Source: Flectonema sp. DT1601
Taxonomy: Eukaryota
Reading direction: 5' to 3'
Length of the DNA: 64,000 bases
NCBI GenBank assembly: GCA_964019425.1
Contig: OZ025788.1
Span: 186,001 to 250,000 of the forward strand
Below the pieces are notes generated by a model that saw only the letters and a list, made by a program, of their open reading frames with translations, ran no database searches and was not told the DNA's origin. The stretch's first letter is position 1; each line of letters opens with the position of its first letter. The position numbers and the translations under genes are program-made. Below, in pieces: positions 23,188 to 35,964 of this stretch.

Positions 23188-26100
23188 TTATTTTACCAAC
23201 GGAGTCTTGCCTCTTTTAACACGTCGCATTCTCTGTGGGATGACCCCAGTTCTCGGACGAATTACATCGCACGATAATGCTATATCACACAGACTGTGTT
23301 GTTGTAGTTTGAGTGATGTTCTTTTGTGTCGAGAAGCTTGGCACACCCCAGCCAGTAATGCCCCCCCGCTGTGAATTTCTTCACATCGACGACGTGCATT
23401 TCGTTTGTTAAATTTAGCTACGACCGAATTGACGTCGGCAGCAGCCGTATCTGTAGCTGTCTTTTGTTGTTTGGTTTTGTTTTTAGAAAGAAGTTGATCA
23501 GCTTTTCTACGCCATCCTCTGTGATGCAGAAAGTTCTTATTTTGTGAACACCCACCGTCGGAGACTTTGGATGTTGTAGAGAGACTTAAATTAGTGAGAC
23601 CGTCCTCAACTGCGATAGATGGCTCGGTATTGTTATCGAACTCTGCGGGGAGATCTTTTGTTTCCAGCGGTGGGATAACTTCTTCTTCTTCAATTACTTT
23701 TGGTGTAATAATTTGATTATTGCAATCTGAGATAGGACTCCGTTTTAATAATAATTTTTCATCCGACTGACTGATGTCGATACCGGCGGCAGGTTGCTCA
23801 GCTGTTGGATTAGATATCGTTTCTCTAGTTTGTCGATGAATCGCAGACTTCGGTCTTTGTGTTGTTGTAGCAACTTGTTGATTTAGATTTATGTAATCTC
23901 TTACTCCTGTCGGAAGGTTATCTTCACAGAGAGGTATCCTACGAATTGCAGCTGATCTGGGTCGTTGTGTTGTTTGTGTACATCGAAGAGGAGTATCAGC
24001 TCCAATACGAATCATATTTAAATCTAATTGTTGTTTGTTTAATAAGACATCTCGACGACGATCTGACGAAGTTACAAAACGTCGATCATTCCGACTGCAG
24101 CTCTGCAGTTTATCATTCGCGGCTATCCGTTTTCCAGAAACAGATTGACCTCCATCTGATTTTATACTTGTTGAATAGTTGTCGAGAGGTTTGATATCTG
24201 AGTCGTTGTTATTAGTATTGAAGGGAGTGGATTCATTAATAGCATTGGTGTCTTCTTCTAATTCATTACAGGGTTGGGTATTTGTGATGTCTTCGTTACT
24301 ATTATCAATCACACAGGAATCATTATTTATTTCTGTAGATAATTTCTTCTCATTGACAACATCTAGTGATTCACTACAGTCGATGAACCCTCTCTGCTGA
24401 CTGCTGTCATGATTGTCAGACTGTTCTTCATTGATATTTTCAAAGTCATTTTTCAGTTGAATTAACGAAGTGACATCATCGTCTGATTGATTTCCTGAGT
24501 GAGTATACTTTGAGTTACTATTTCCACTTAGAGTTCCAACTCTTACTTTATTAGTGAGAGAAGTTCTCATAGAAACGACGTGTTTTGGTCGCAGGTCAGC
24601 CAGCTTGGTTGGAATGTTTATAAAAGCTTCTTTTGATTCTAAAAATGCGTTGAAAGTGAATATCACTTTAGGAACTTTCGTAAGTGGCTCATATGCTGGT
24701 GTGTTAACTGATAACACATTTGACTCAGCTATGCTCGTCTTTCTACTTGGGGAGAGTTTCAAGTCATCACTAACATAAACTGTAGTTGTGTTTGCGCTGA
24801 TTATTTTATCGTCATCTCCATCATCATCTTCGGTGTGAAATACCGCAACGTGTTTACTGATGGGTTCTTTGTGAGCTGAACACTGAGTGTGCGGTGACGC
24901 AGGTAGTGAGTCGTAATTCTTATCATCGTTGGCTTCAATTCTCCCTCTCGGTGAAATAGGAGGAGAATCAAGGTGCTTACTTCCAGAACCTCTCCTCCTC
25001 TGGTCATGAGAAGCCTTCCGACGAACGTGATCTTGTTTAGTTCCAGGTGATAACGGAGGGTGATTCTCTATCCTTCCTCTAGGTGATATTTGAGGGGAGT
25101 TCTGACCAGAGTTCCTCCCCTTCTGAGAGTCTTGAACTGGAGGATCAAGAACACCTCTCGGTGACATTTGAGGTGAAACTTGAGGTGAAACTTGAGGTGA
25201 ACTTTGATCGAAACTTTTACTTCTCCGATCACAATCAGAACCAGGAGATGCATTTCCGAATTTTCCTCTCGGAGACATTTGAGGGGAACTCTTTCTCTGA
25301 CAGACTTCGGTGTTCTGCAGCCGTTTAGCTTCAGCAGAACAGTTTCCCATTCTTGGAGAATGGCGAGGTGATGCAAGACTTCCTTCTTGGGAACACTTCT
25401 GCCTCGCTGTAGAAATTACTGATTGGTCAGACTCTCCCGTCTCCCGTCGTACGTCAATTGTTGGACGAGTTGAGGGCCTCCTGAAATCTGATGAGCGTTC
25501 CTTGTCTGGGTTAGCAGTTGGTCGAATTTCATCAAAAACTGAATAGTCACTACCAAAACTACTCCTATCGGGTACCTTGCTTTGAATAGATGATCGATTG
25601 CTCTCCAGAGCGAGTCTTCTGGATTTTCGACGTTCGTTACGCCGCTTGTGAAGATCAGATTTGTTTGACGCATCTTCGAACCCCTTGACAGGTTCAGTTA
25701 CTTGCCATTGTTGAAGTAATTCCGTGTAGACAGATTCTGATGGATGAGAACTGTCCTGTTCGTCTGCAACGTCAGTTCCAATAACTGATTTCAAAGCTGA
25801 TGTTGTGAATCTACCGAGAGCTGCTATTCTTCCAATAGCTGACGCATGATGAGCTATGATTGGAGACAACAACGGTTTCGTTGACTTTTCAACACGTTCT
25901 GTTCTCGGATCTGGTGCATGGAATTTCCATTCCCTCAGCGGGGCATTCGTCAAGGCACCGACCAGAGTACATCCATCAGTGACTTTCCAAATCTTTACTC
26001 TGCAGTCAACAGTTGATGATAATAAATATTGACCAATTACTTGTAATGATTTTATACCTTCACCTGGATGTGCCTTCCACGACTTCTTTACAGGAGGGAC

Positions 26101-28862
26101 GTCTTGAGGTGAAGGAGGAGTAATATTAACGTGTGATGGGTTACCTTGTGTTGTGAATAGTGATAATTTAGTACCTAAGATCAGGTTAGATAAATCCCAT
26201 TGATGAATGACTCCTCTCTCATCACCTCCATAAAGTGTGAATGGATAATTCCATGAGAGGGCCGTGACTCCTGCTGCTGATGCTGATGCCACCACGTTGT
26301 TTGAAATATCACAACTCCAGGTAGCTAATGAAAACTGTCTGTGAGGGTATGGTCTCATCGGTACTAAATTCAACACACCAGATGCATCTGCACATACAAA
26401 TGCAGGATACGGCATCAAACGCTCAACAGCACATACTTCACCTGGCATTGGACCACACACAGCAAGAGTACTCGACCTTACTGTTGATAACATTAGTTCT
26501 GATAACACTGAGTAGGTAGTATTACCTGTGTGTTTGTTTTATTATTATTCTCAGAATGATGTAAGTTGATAGTGATGAAGTACATACCTAACTCGTCACC
26601 AATAAAGATATGACCCCCATCAAGACTAACGTGTAGGACTCTAATTAGAGACTTGAAGTCGATTAGTTTGACTGGAGGACGACAATCAGAAAGTTTTGAG
26701 TTCCAAATAGCGACGGCTCCAGCACCTGGAGAACGAGAACCGCATGCGACTATCAAATATTGAGTTGGGATGATTGCAGTTTGAGTAACGTCGTTACCAC
26801 TCCAAATTGGAGTTGCAACGCCATCTGCTGATATTGGAGGTTTATACTTCTTTACAACAGATCCGTTAGTTGTTCTCATTAACTCTACTCTCCCATCAGA
26901 CCATCCCAAAACTAAATTCTTCCCACACACAACATCAATACTGGCTGCTGTTACTTGACCAACTCCCAATTCTTTCATGTGGTAAACTACTTTACCACTT
27001 GCTGCTGACCAAAGCTGTTTTTGTTTCTGAACCATTTCTGGGATTAAAGACTCCAAGTTAGTTACTATAAAGGGGAACTCTGATGGGATAAAATTACAAA
27101 ATACAAACCTTGATTTCTGTGCTTGCCACGGTAACAAAAAATCCACTTTCACCTCCCCCCTTATGCCCTTTGTTGTAGGCACACAGTATGAGTGGAGTAG
27201 CTGAAGGGTTGTGAGCAACATCAGGGTTCCCAAAGTCAGCAATTTTTCTCTCAATCTGAGTGAGTTGTTCTAATTTTTGCATACAATTTCGTTCCTTTTT
27301 CAGTACCTCAACGCGCATGCAGTTGTGACGAAGTGAACCATCGCCATCCCTCTCGATTAAGTAAGTTAAGAGTTGCCTTCTCGATGTCATCTCACTTCTC
27401 GCTGTGTTGAGATCACTTCTGGCTGCTGCAGCTTTCGCTTCTGCTTCGATTGTTCCTCCGATTTCAGTTACTTGCGCACTGCCATCGTATTCAAATCTAG
27501 TTTGTGATGTTTTATTATTCAATTACTTTTTAGTTGAATTCTGAAATATATAAAAAAAACAAACCTGTAGCAATTCTTTGACGTACAAAATAAAAATTGA
27601 CGTGCGTGAGCGAGATACACTGCTGATGTCACTTCTGATATTTCAGAAGAAGATCTGTACCCTTCTGGACAGATATTAAATGTCTGAACTGGTAGCATTG
27701 TGCGAAGGTCCCATATTTTTGCCAAACCGTTAGAATCACATGAAATCACTTGAGGAGTTCCAGGAACCGATTCTACCAAAACAATTCCACTTTTGTGCGC
27801 ATTCTCGTTCTTCAAATCTTTAAGTTCAAACGGTCTGACCAACGGTTGTCCTTCCATCCAACAGCGAATAATAAATTCAAAACCTGCGCTGGCAATCATT
27901 CGATAACTGTCAATGTAAGCAATAGAATAGACGCCCTTTTCATGTCCTTTATAAATAATTGGAGGTGATGATAATCTGGATATGTTCCACTGAACAACAG
28001 TAGCATCAAGTGAAGCAGATAAGAATTTATCAGAAGTGTGAGGAATTTGTTTTAATGCGAGGATTGGTTGAGTGTGGTTTCGATGATGCGAAACCAACTC
28101 AATGGAAGATTCACAATTATCAGCCAGCGGATTCCAAATATTTAATATTCCAGTTCTCGATCCTGTTAGTAGTCGTTGCCAATAGTTCGAATATGAAGTA
28201 CACATTTGTGTTTCAGTTTGTCTGCTGCATTTTACTTCAATCATTTCTTTTTCTTTACGGCAACCCTCTTCAAATAATCTCATATTCAAATCACATGACG
28301 AAGTTAATAAATAATCACCTACTTCACAACAACTCACAACAGGAGCTGAATGTTGAATTATCCGAAGTGAATGTAACGTTGGAGAATCAGCATCGCAAAC
28401 TTTCAATCTGTTCAACTGACTACTGATGTATAAATTACCAGGTTGAGAATACAGTAGTTTATAACAAGTATCTTTTGATCCGTAAGTTTTATTAACATCA
28501 GTTATAACTTCTTTTAGTTTATAAGGAAGGATGTTACCTGGAGTATCAACTTGATTGGTTCTCGACGACTGAATGGATTCTACTAGCGAAGTAACAAGAT
28601 CTGACCATGTGATACCATTTGAGTCTCCATGGATGATTTGATTATATAAATCAACTAATGCTTTTCGTATTGCTGTTGAAGTTTGTGAATTTTTATGAAC
28701 TTTTTTCATGTATGGCTCTAGAGTTTCAATTGCTTCATCTCGGAATAACCGTTTCTTTCCCCATTTCAATTTCAACGACAACAAATCCTCAGGTTCTAAC
28801 AATAAAAAATCTTCTCCCGATATGGCACCTGACCATGGGAAACAATCGGACGATGACTCCAT
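23188..28862 (-). CDS. Large WD40-repeat protein with long disordered C-terminus (~1816 aa)
   Basis: WD motifs (LLTGSRTGILNIWN, LSASLDATVVQWN, GHEKGVYSI, AKIWDLR, VKIWK). Exons 28862-27565, 27496-27109, 27014-26588, 26525-23188 join four ORFs in frame. Confidence 0.82.
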
Positions 28863-30608
28863 TTATTTTTGTTTGTATTCATGCCGTTCACGCTCTTGAT
28901 ACTTTTTAGAAATGTATTTTATTTATTTACGAAGCCAAGGAGCCAACAAGCCAGGAAAAGCTCAACAGGGTAACAATTATATCGCTAACAGCAACCTTGA
29001 GACTCTCACAGACATAAACCTGCTTTAATACTAAAAAAAATAAAAATAAATTTAAATAAAGAATGAACGAAAATGATGTTTTTTTTAAAACTTTTTATAA
29101 CAAACACAAAAACCAGAACTTTCAGCCTTATTTAATTAGTGGTAGGCGACGAGTGATGCGAAGCAGAGCGGAGCAACACCGAATCCAATAACAGAAAACA
29201 AGGAAGCAACTCGACTTCTCTTTTTTTGTAAAAACAGAAAACGGAGGGGAAAAGACGACATATGATACTAAATTTATTTTTTTTTTTCCTTAAAAAAATT
29301 GTTTTATTTTGTTTATTTGTTTGCACGAGCGAAGCCTCAATTCACTCATTTCACTATCGTCACAACAAGTTACCAAAAACAAAGCATTAAGAAGGGAAAG
29401 AAGTAGGGGAAGAAATCAACATTGAGCCCTGATCACTATTTTCCACAAAATACAACAAGAAAGGAAGAAATAAAAATGACTGACCATGTTCACCCACTAA
29501 ACACACACAAAATGCACACCAAAATAACATTTTTTAAAAAGAAAACTAAGGATCACATCACAAAGGGTGGGTCGGTACTGCCAGGAAGCTACTAAAAAAG
29601 GGAAAAGAAGGGAAATCAGAGAACCTTCAATCACATTGTAAACACCGCCAGCATCACAGCACTGACAACCGACAGTCAAGCGCGTAGTCGTTCAACAGCT
29701 TTGGATTGCAGCTGAGAAACCACAATGGGGATAATTTTATTATTCAGTCGTTCTCATTTTTTTTTTTTTTTTTTTGTTGTCGTCCAGTTATATAAGTGCT
29801 GCCATCACGGAAACAAAACCCTGGCTGTCCCTTCGTTCTTCAAGAAAAAAAGAAAACTAAACGCCAGTAATCTGATAGTCAACCTTTCGGAAGCATCTAA
29901 TTAGCGGCATTTCATTTCTCACTATTTTGCATCGACGAAAGAAAAAAAAAAGAGAACAAAAAAGGGGGAAATACTAATCAGGAAAAAAAAGTTACTTAAC
30001 TTTAGTTTAAAACATTAACAAGAATCAGAGTTCAGACCGAAGGGATTAGAGGACTATTGCTGGGTGTTGTTTTATCACAATAAACATCTGTCAAAATATG
30101 GCAAAAAAAAAAAAAAAAAAAAAAACAACAACGGCACAGCAGTTGTCCTACTCCCAACATGGGAATTAAAACGTTTTTATGATCTAGGAAGGCCCAAAGC
30201 ATATTTTTTAATAAAATCCGGATTACTGTAGGCATTGCGCATGCTCTGCAGGTAAGCATTCTTCATCTTCTTTTTTTTTTTTTTTTTTCGGGGACGTTCG
30301 TTAGCAGACGACATTAAAAAAAAATAAATAATCAAAATAACGCGGGAAGCCACAACATTCTACCGGACGTGACGATGCACAACGCAACTTTAAACATTTA
30401 CCATTCAGTCCGTCGTCAATATTTCTGTTGGCAAGTACATCAAACAGAAGGCTCTAAGTAATAGGTGGTCAGATCTCCAATAAAAAGATCACGAATAAGA
30501 GAATGACTTATGAGTTAATTTAAAAAAAAAATAAAAAAAATGCATCTACCAGATAAAAAATAACAGCTATCGCGAATTTAACTGCTGAAAACTTGTTCTC
30601 CGAGATGT

Positions 30609-30640
<32 letters not shown>

Positions 30641-33600
30641 AGCGGTTCAAAAAAAAGAAATTAATAATTTAAAATAAAAATAAAATTATAACACGGAACA
30701 AAGTATTTATAGTAACTTCTTTTCTTGTGTTGGTGCTCATTAAAAGATCAAGGACGTTGAAGTCCTTATGTTTCAGATACCGCGTCACTATTAAAAGAGG
30801 TAGCCAGGGTGAGTAGATCCCTACCACCATCTGAAGTCAACGACAAAATAAACAAAAAGAGATTAAAATAACTACTTTACCTAAACGAATTCGACTCTGC
30901 AAGGCCCAAAAAAGCGCGCGGGAAAAAAAAAATGAATGTTGTCTTCCCTTAAAACTGCAAGTAACAACCTTCTTGACTTCTCAGTTTTTCTTTTTTTTTT
31001 TTTTTTCTTGTTTCTTTTTCGAGGAAACCCGACCATTAAATATCAATCTGCAGGTTACAGTGCCTCCTGTAACTTTCTTAGGTAGAAGGGAAGAAGGCAA
31101 CCACGGATTTTTTTCTTTTTTCATTTATTTATTAATTTTTTTTTTTTTTCCAAACTAAATTGGCATTAAAAAAAAACAGACTCTTAATTCTCGCAGAAAT
31201 ATTTTTTTGCAACCACGGCATTGGTCCACTACCCCGCAGAAAGATTTTGTTTTTTCAGTTGAAATTAAAAAATTCAACCTTATCTAAGAAGGCATACCCA
31301 GCCATATTGGTGCTGATTTTGTATAAGAAAAACAAAAGACGCTACCATGATGAAGTCAGGAAACAGAGCGATGGATTTCTTACTATGAAACTCTGATCTG
31401 ATTGTGTAAAATAGGATTTAGACAGAAAAATGACATAACGAACCACACTTCCACCACATTTGATTATCGGTGGCAATTAAAGTAAACTTTTTTTTTTTTC
31501 TTCTTCTTTTATCCACCTCGACAAGATATCCACAAAACAATATGGATTTTTATTTATGTTATTTTTTTTTTGGTTACTTCTTCTTTTTTTTTTTTTTTTT
31601 TTCCAGTATGGATATTTGCGTTTCGGAAGTGAATCCTCGCAATTAGATCATCAAAAAAAAAAAAAAAGGATGTGGAAAAGAAAAAAAAAAAAATAACAAC
31701 AACAACAACAACAACAACAAACATACACCACAAATACACATTAATTCAGCACTAGTGTCAAGATTACTTTTGACTAACCTTCTAACTCTACACTGTAAGT
31801 TTCCAAACCCCGAGAACTAAATATAAAGTCCCCAACAAGATGAAAAACGATCGCAATAGGAATCGCCCATGGCAAATACAGCATTACGGGAGGAAATATC
31901 AATGTCGGCTCGCATTTTTGTTTTCTTTTTCTTTTGAACGTGGAGGGAACAAACGAAGGAAAAGAATATTACCCAGTACCCCTTCACCAAATAAGATCGG
32001 GGTGTTCGTTTATTTATTTTTATTATTATTATTATTATTATTTTTTTTTTTTTGCTTTGTTTTGTTTTGGTACTCGTTTCTTATGTCTTATCTGTTGACA
32101 GTAAACAATAACACAAAAACGAGGGGGGGGGAAAATACTTCAATCCCTGGAACGTACAAAGCCAGTCTCTCCCTTACATGGGAGGATATTGTCGTTCGAG
32201 AACGAGAAATTTCGTGTTGTTCTTGTTGTTTTTTTTTTTTTTTTTAATTATTTTTTTCCTTCTCTCTCTTAACAAATTAAAACATAAAAGAGGCTCATCA
32301 ATGAAAGTGATCATATTAAAAAAAAAAAAAAAACTTCCGCAACGGCGAAAAAATCGCGCAATTCTATTTTTTTATTTTTTTCGGTTGTTTGTTTATTTAT
32401 TTGTTTGTTTGTTTGGTTTACCTTTCTCCTTTTCGCATGGTGTTAAACCGTGTATTAAATTAAACTGTACTTGTGGCCCAGATAAAGAGACAACATGAAA
32501 ACAGACAGGCCTTCGAAAAGAAAGAGAGAAAAGCGAAAGAGATGAACAGGATTAGTTAATACGATTTGCTAACTTTAAAAACAAGGGGGGGGGGATCGCT
32601 AGTCAAAACATGAGAAGTTTCTGAAAGCCAATTTCATTAAACCAAAAAAAAACCCTCTCTAGTTGGTTTATTTATTTTAGATCTTCGCAACGAAGGTTTT
32701 ACTGCGATGCGTGCTATACAATGTTGACAAGGTAAGTCGGCAATCTAAATCCATAACTTCGGGCTCCGAGGACACGTAGATCTGCGAAAGTCTTTCTTAA
32801 AATATGCAGTACAAAGCCTGCTGCTTCAGAAACCCTTTCGTGTTAAAATCGAGATTTTCCCTCTTTTAAAAAAAGAAGACATGAAAATTTAGATTATAAA
32901 AAAATAAAATGCTGTACATAAACAAAGGACAACAAGAACCATCCAAAAAAAAGGACAACATAACAAGGGTACATACGGGTGTGACCACAGTCCTACCATG
33001 AGGATACCACAGGAAAGCAACAGCTACCCCCGCTGGTAGTTTTTTTCTTTTTTTTTTTTTTTTTTTTTTTTCCCACACCTTGTGCAAACAGAAAGACAGT
33101 TGCAAAAAAAACGAAATGAATCCAGAAAAAAACTTTCGGACCAAATCAGAGGGAGAAACGAAAAAAAAAACTTAAAAAAAAAATAATAAACTAAACCAGA
33201 GAAATACGATATTTGATCGAAAGTGAGACATAGAGGAATATATAAAAAGCTGTCTATCTGTCTCCAGGAGATGCTTGCCACCTAAAGAAAAAAAATTTGA
33301 AAATAATAATTATCGAAAAAAAACGAATCACCTGCAACCTACAAGAAGCATATAATCCGATCTTTCGAAAAGCCTAAAAGTATGAAAGAATTTCTACTCT
33401 TTTGGTTAAGTTAAAACCAAAAGCAGTGTTACTTTCCGTTGTTTGTTTTTTTTTTTTTTTTTCTTCTGAGGAATTCTCACCCCTTTTAAAAAAAAATCTG
33501 CAAAAAGAGAAATTAAAAAGTACAGAAGAGTGAAAGAAAATGGGGAAAGAGGAGTTGGTGTGATAACCATAACTGAATAAGAGATATTTTCTACAGATAT

Positions 33601-33892
33601 TGATTGTTGCAGGAACCCTAAAGAACTGAGAAGGTCAAAAGGGTTGTCGTGTCGGGCGTTTCTTTCTTTGCCTCACAGCACTGACGAAGGTGCAAAAAAA
33701 GAAGAAAAAAAGAAATAAATTCACAATACGAAAGTTAGACTCTCCTCATACTGCGAGTGGAATGTACTTCAGTCAAATCCCATATGAGTTAATATTAAAG
33801 TACTCAATGTCTTGGTTACGAAGAATAACTCATAAGTGTGTTGGGCTCAGTAAGCCAGTCGATGATTTCCAAAAGGACTCTCCTGACTTATC

Positions 33893-35463
33893 TCAACACA
33901 CAACACATCCACCACAAGCCGTCCCCTCTGGAGCACTACGAGGACGGCTACGAGGAACCGGTCGCTTAGTAGGTGTAGGTGCTGACGGAAGATGCCGACG
34001 AGTTTTCGGCTGCTTTGGAAAGAATTTTTCTTTATCTTCTTCCTTTTCTTCTGGTAGAGAGACGGTAGTAGTTGGGGAGTGAGGACGAGAAGCGTGTTTC
34101 CCCTCACTGTCAAATGCCTCAAAGTCAACTTCAAGAGGGCTAACTGTAGGAGTGATGTGACATTCTCTCAATCTCATTGGGAACTTAATACCCGCAAATA
34201 ACTGTTTCCTATTACACGGAAGTCTGACTGCTGTCTCTCCGCGGCCAACTACTTCAAATCGAATGGGGAAGTTGCTGTCTTCTTCGATTAATTCATCTTC
34301 GTGGATTTGAACGACCAGATTACCAAACGTTGCTGAGCCGTCTGTTCCAACAACCGCCTTGTCGTTAAACATTTCAGCTCTTGGACACAGATGACTGGCG
34401 TGGATCTCAACAACACCCTCGTCAGTATCAATACCACAACTCTTTCCATTGCTGTCAACAAGTTGAATTCCAATCGTTGGGACTGCACATCTTTGTTTGG
34501 GTTCACCACCTTCACCGTTCTCAAGTGAAAGGGGAAGTTCTTTTACCTGTTTTTTTTATTATTATTTTGATTTGTTTTTTTTTACTAAAAAACTGTAATA
34601 AGGGTTGTCCTCAAATCCGTTCCTCGAAAGTTAAGTAAAAGGCAGACTAGGCATACCTCGTCAGTCTTACTAAAGAATGAGAGGTCAACAATATCATTTT
34701 GTTTGAAAGTTAAATCGAATGCCGGAGTGTAAAACTTATCTTTTAGTTGAGAAGTAGTTAAGAACTCTCCGCTTTGATTAAATGTCACCTTCTCAATGTC
34801 GGCATTACACATCGGACAGGAATATCTATTTCTGTTGTTGTTATTGTTTTGATAAATACCAACCTCATCTAACTAGTCATTGATTTTGATAATAAAAGTG
34901 ACATACTGAAATCTAAGAAACTCTAATAGACATTGAGAGTGGAAGAGATGTTTACATTGAGTGGCACACATGTCATCAGTTGGGTGATCAAGGCATATGG
35001 GACAGGGTTCCGCTTCTTCATCAGGTTTGTAAGACGGTGGTGATGGTGAAAGATTACAAAATGAAGGTCGAGCACCCCTCGCTGAGAATCGCTGACTGTT
35101 AGCAGCGACCATCGACGGATGTGTTCCAAACTGATGAGATGGAATTCTCTTCATTGGCTCACGTGGTGTCTCACCAAGAGCTGCCGCAGCCATGTCACTA
35201 AATGATAAATTCCGTTGTGGTCCTCCAGCTAAGAAACTTTTACCAGTATAGTCAAGACCTTGGAAGTTATTTCTCCTCGTGATTTCCATTATCGATCTGA
35301 TTTTTATAACTCTTGGTGACTTTGACGCACCGATTGTAAACGAAACAGCTTCCTCAATATTCTTCTGAGTTGAACTCAACTCGGGTGCTTCAGTATAGTC
35401 ACTTCCATCACTGCTGACGAGGTCAACTAAGTCACCGAAACTGTCGCCTTCGTGTTCTATCAT
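33893..35463 (-). CDS. RING-finger protein (probable E3 ligase) ending in a CaaX motif (~461 aa)
   Basis: CPICLD...CKHLFHSQCL...CPMC RING split by an intron. Exons 35463-34907, 34831-34657, 34546-33893; ends ACGGCVVC*. Confidence 0.82.
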
Positions 35464-35964
35464 TTTTTTGTTAAGACTCTGTGGATGGAGAATAAGAAAG
35501 TAATTAGATTCTAACTCTGTTTTTTACAAACCTGAGGGGTGTAAAAACAGTAACAACTTCAGGTATTAAAAACAAAATTAATATCAAGTACTTGACTGAA
35601 AAATATTTGTAAACCTGAGGAGGATAAAATACAATTTAACAAAGACAATCAAACAATACATTCAGCGTTCATCCCAACATAGTCTAACTATGACCTGTCT
35701 GTTCTCAAGCTGGATTTCGCCAGCTGACAACAGCAACTCTAACGAACTAAATATCTGAAATGAAATGACCAGAAAAAAAATAGTCAACCAACTAACGGTT
35801 TAATAAAACAATAAAACCTGTGAAAGACTCACCTGTCAACTGTACGTAGTAAATTCCTCCTTTATCCTCAATTTTTCTTTTTGTCTTTTTTCAATCCCTT
35901 AATACTTGTATAGGTGGTCAGTATCATCAAAACAAGATAAAACCCGTCAAAGGGGGGTTGGCAT

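Noticed and set aside
25160..25205. Short direct repeats as a possible CRISPR or regulatory array
   Set aside because: 12-bp coding repeats (SPQV) with no spacers, in a eukaryotic context.
29600..29670. C/D snoRNA-like GTGATG...CTGA on the minus strand
   Set aside because: Imperfect C box, too short (about 42 nt), and no terminal stem.
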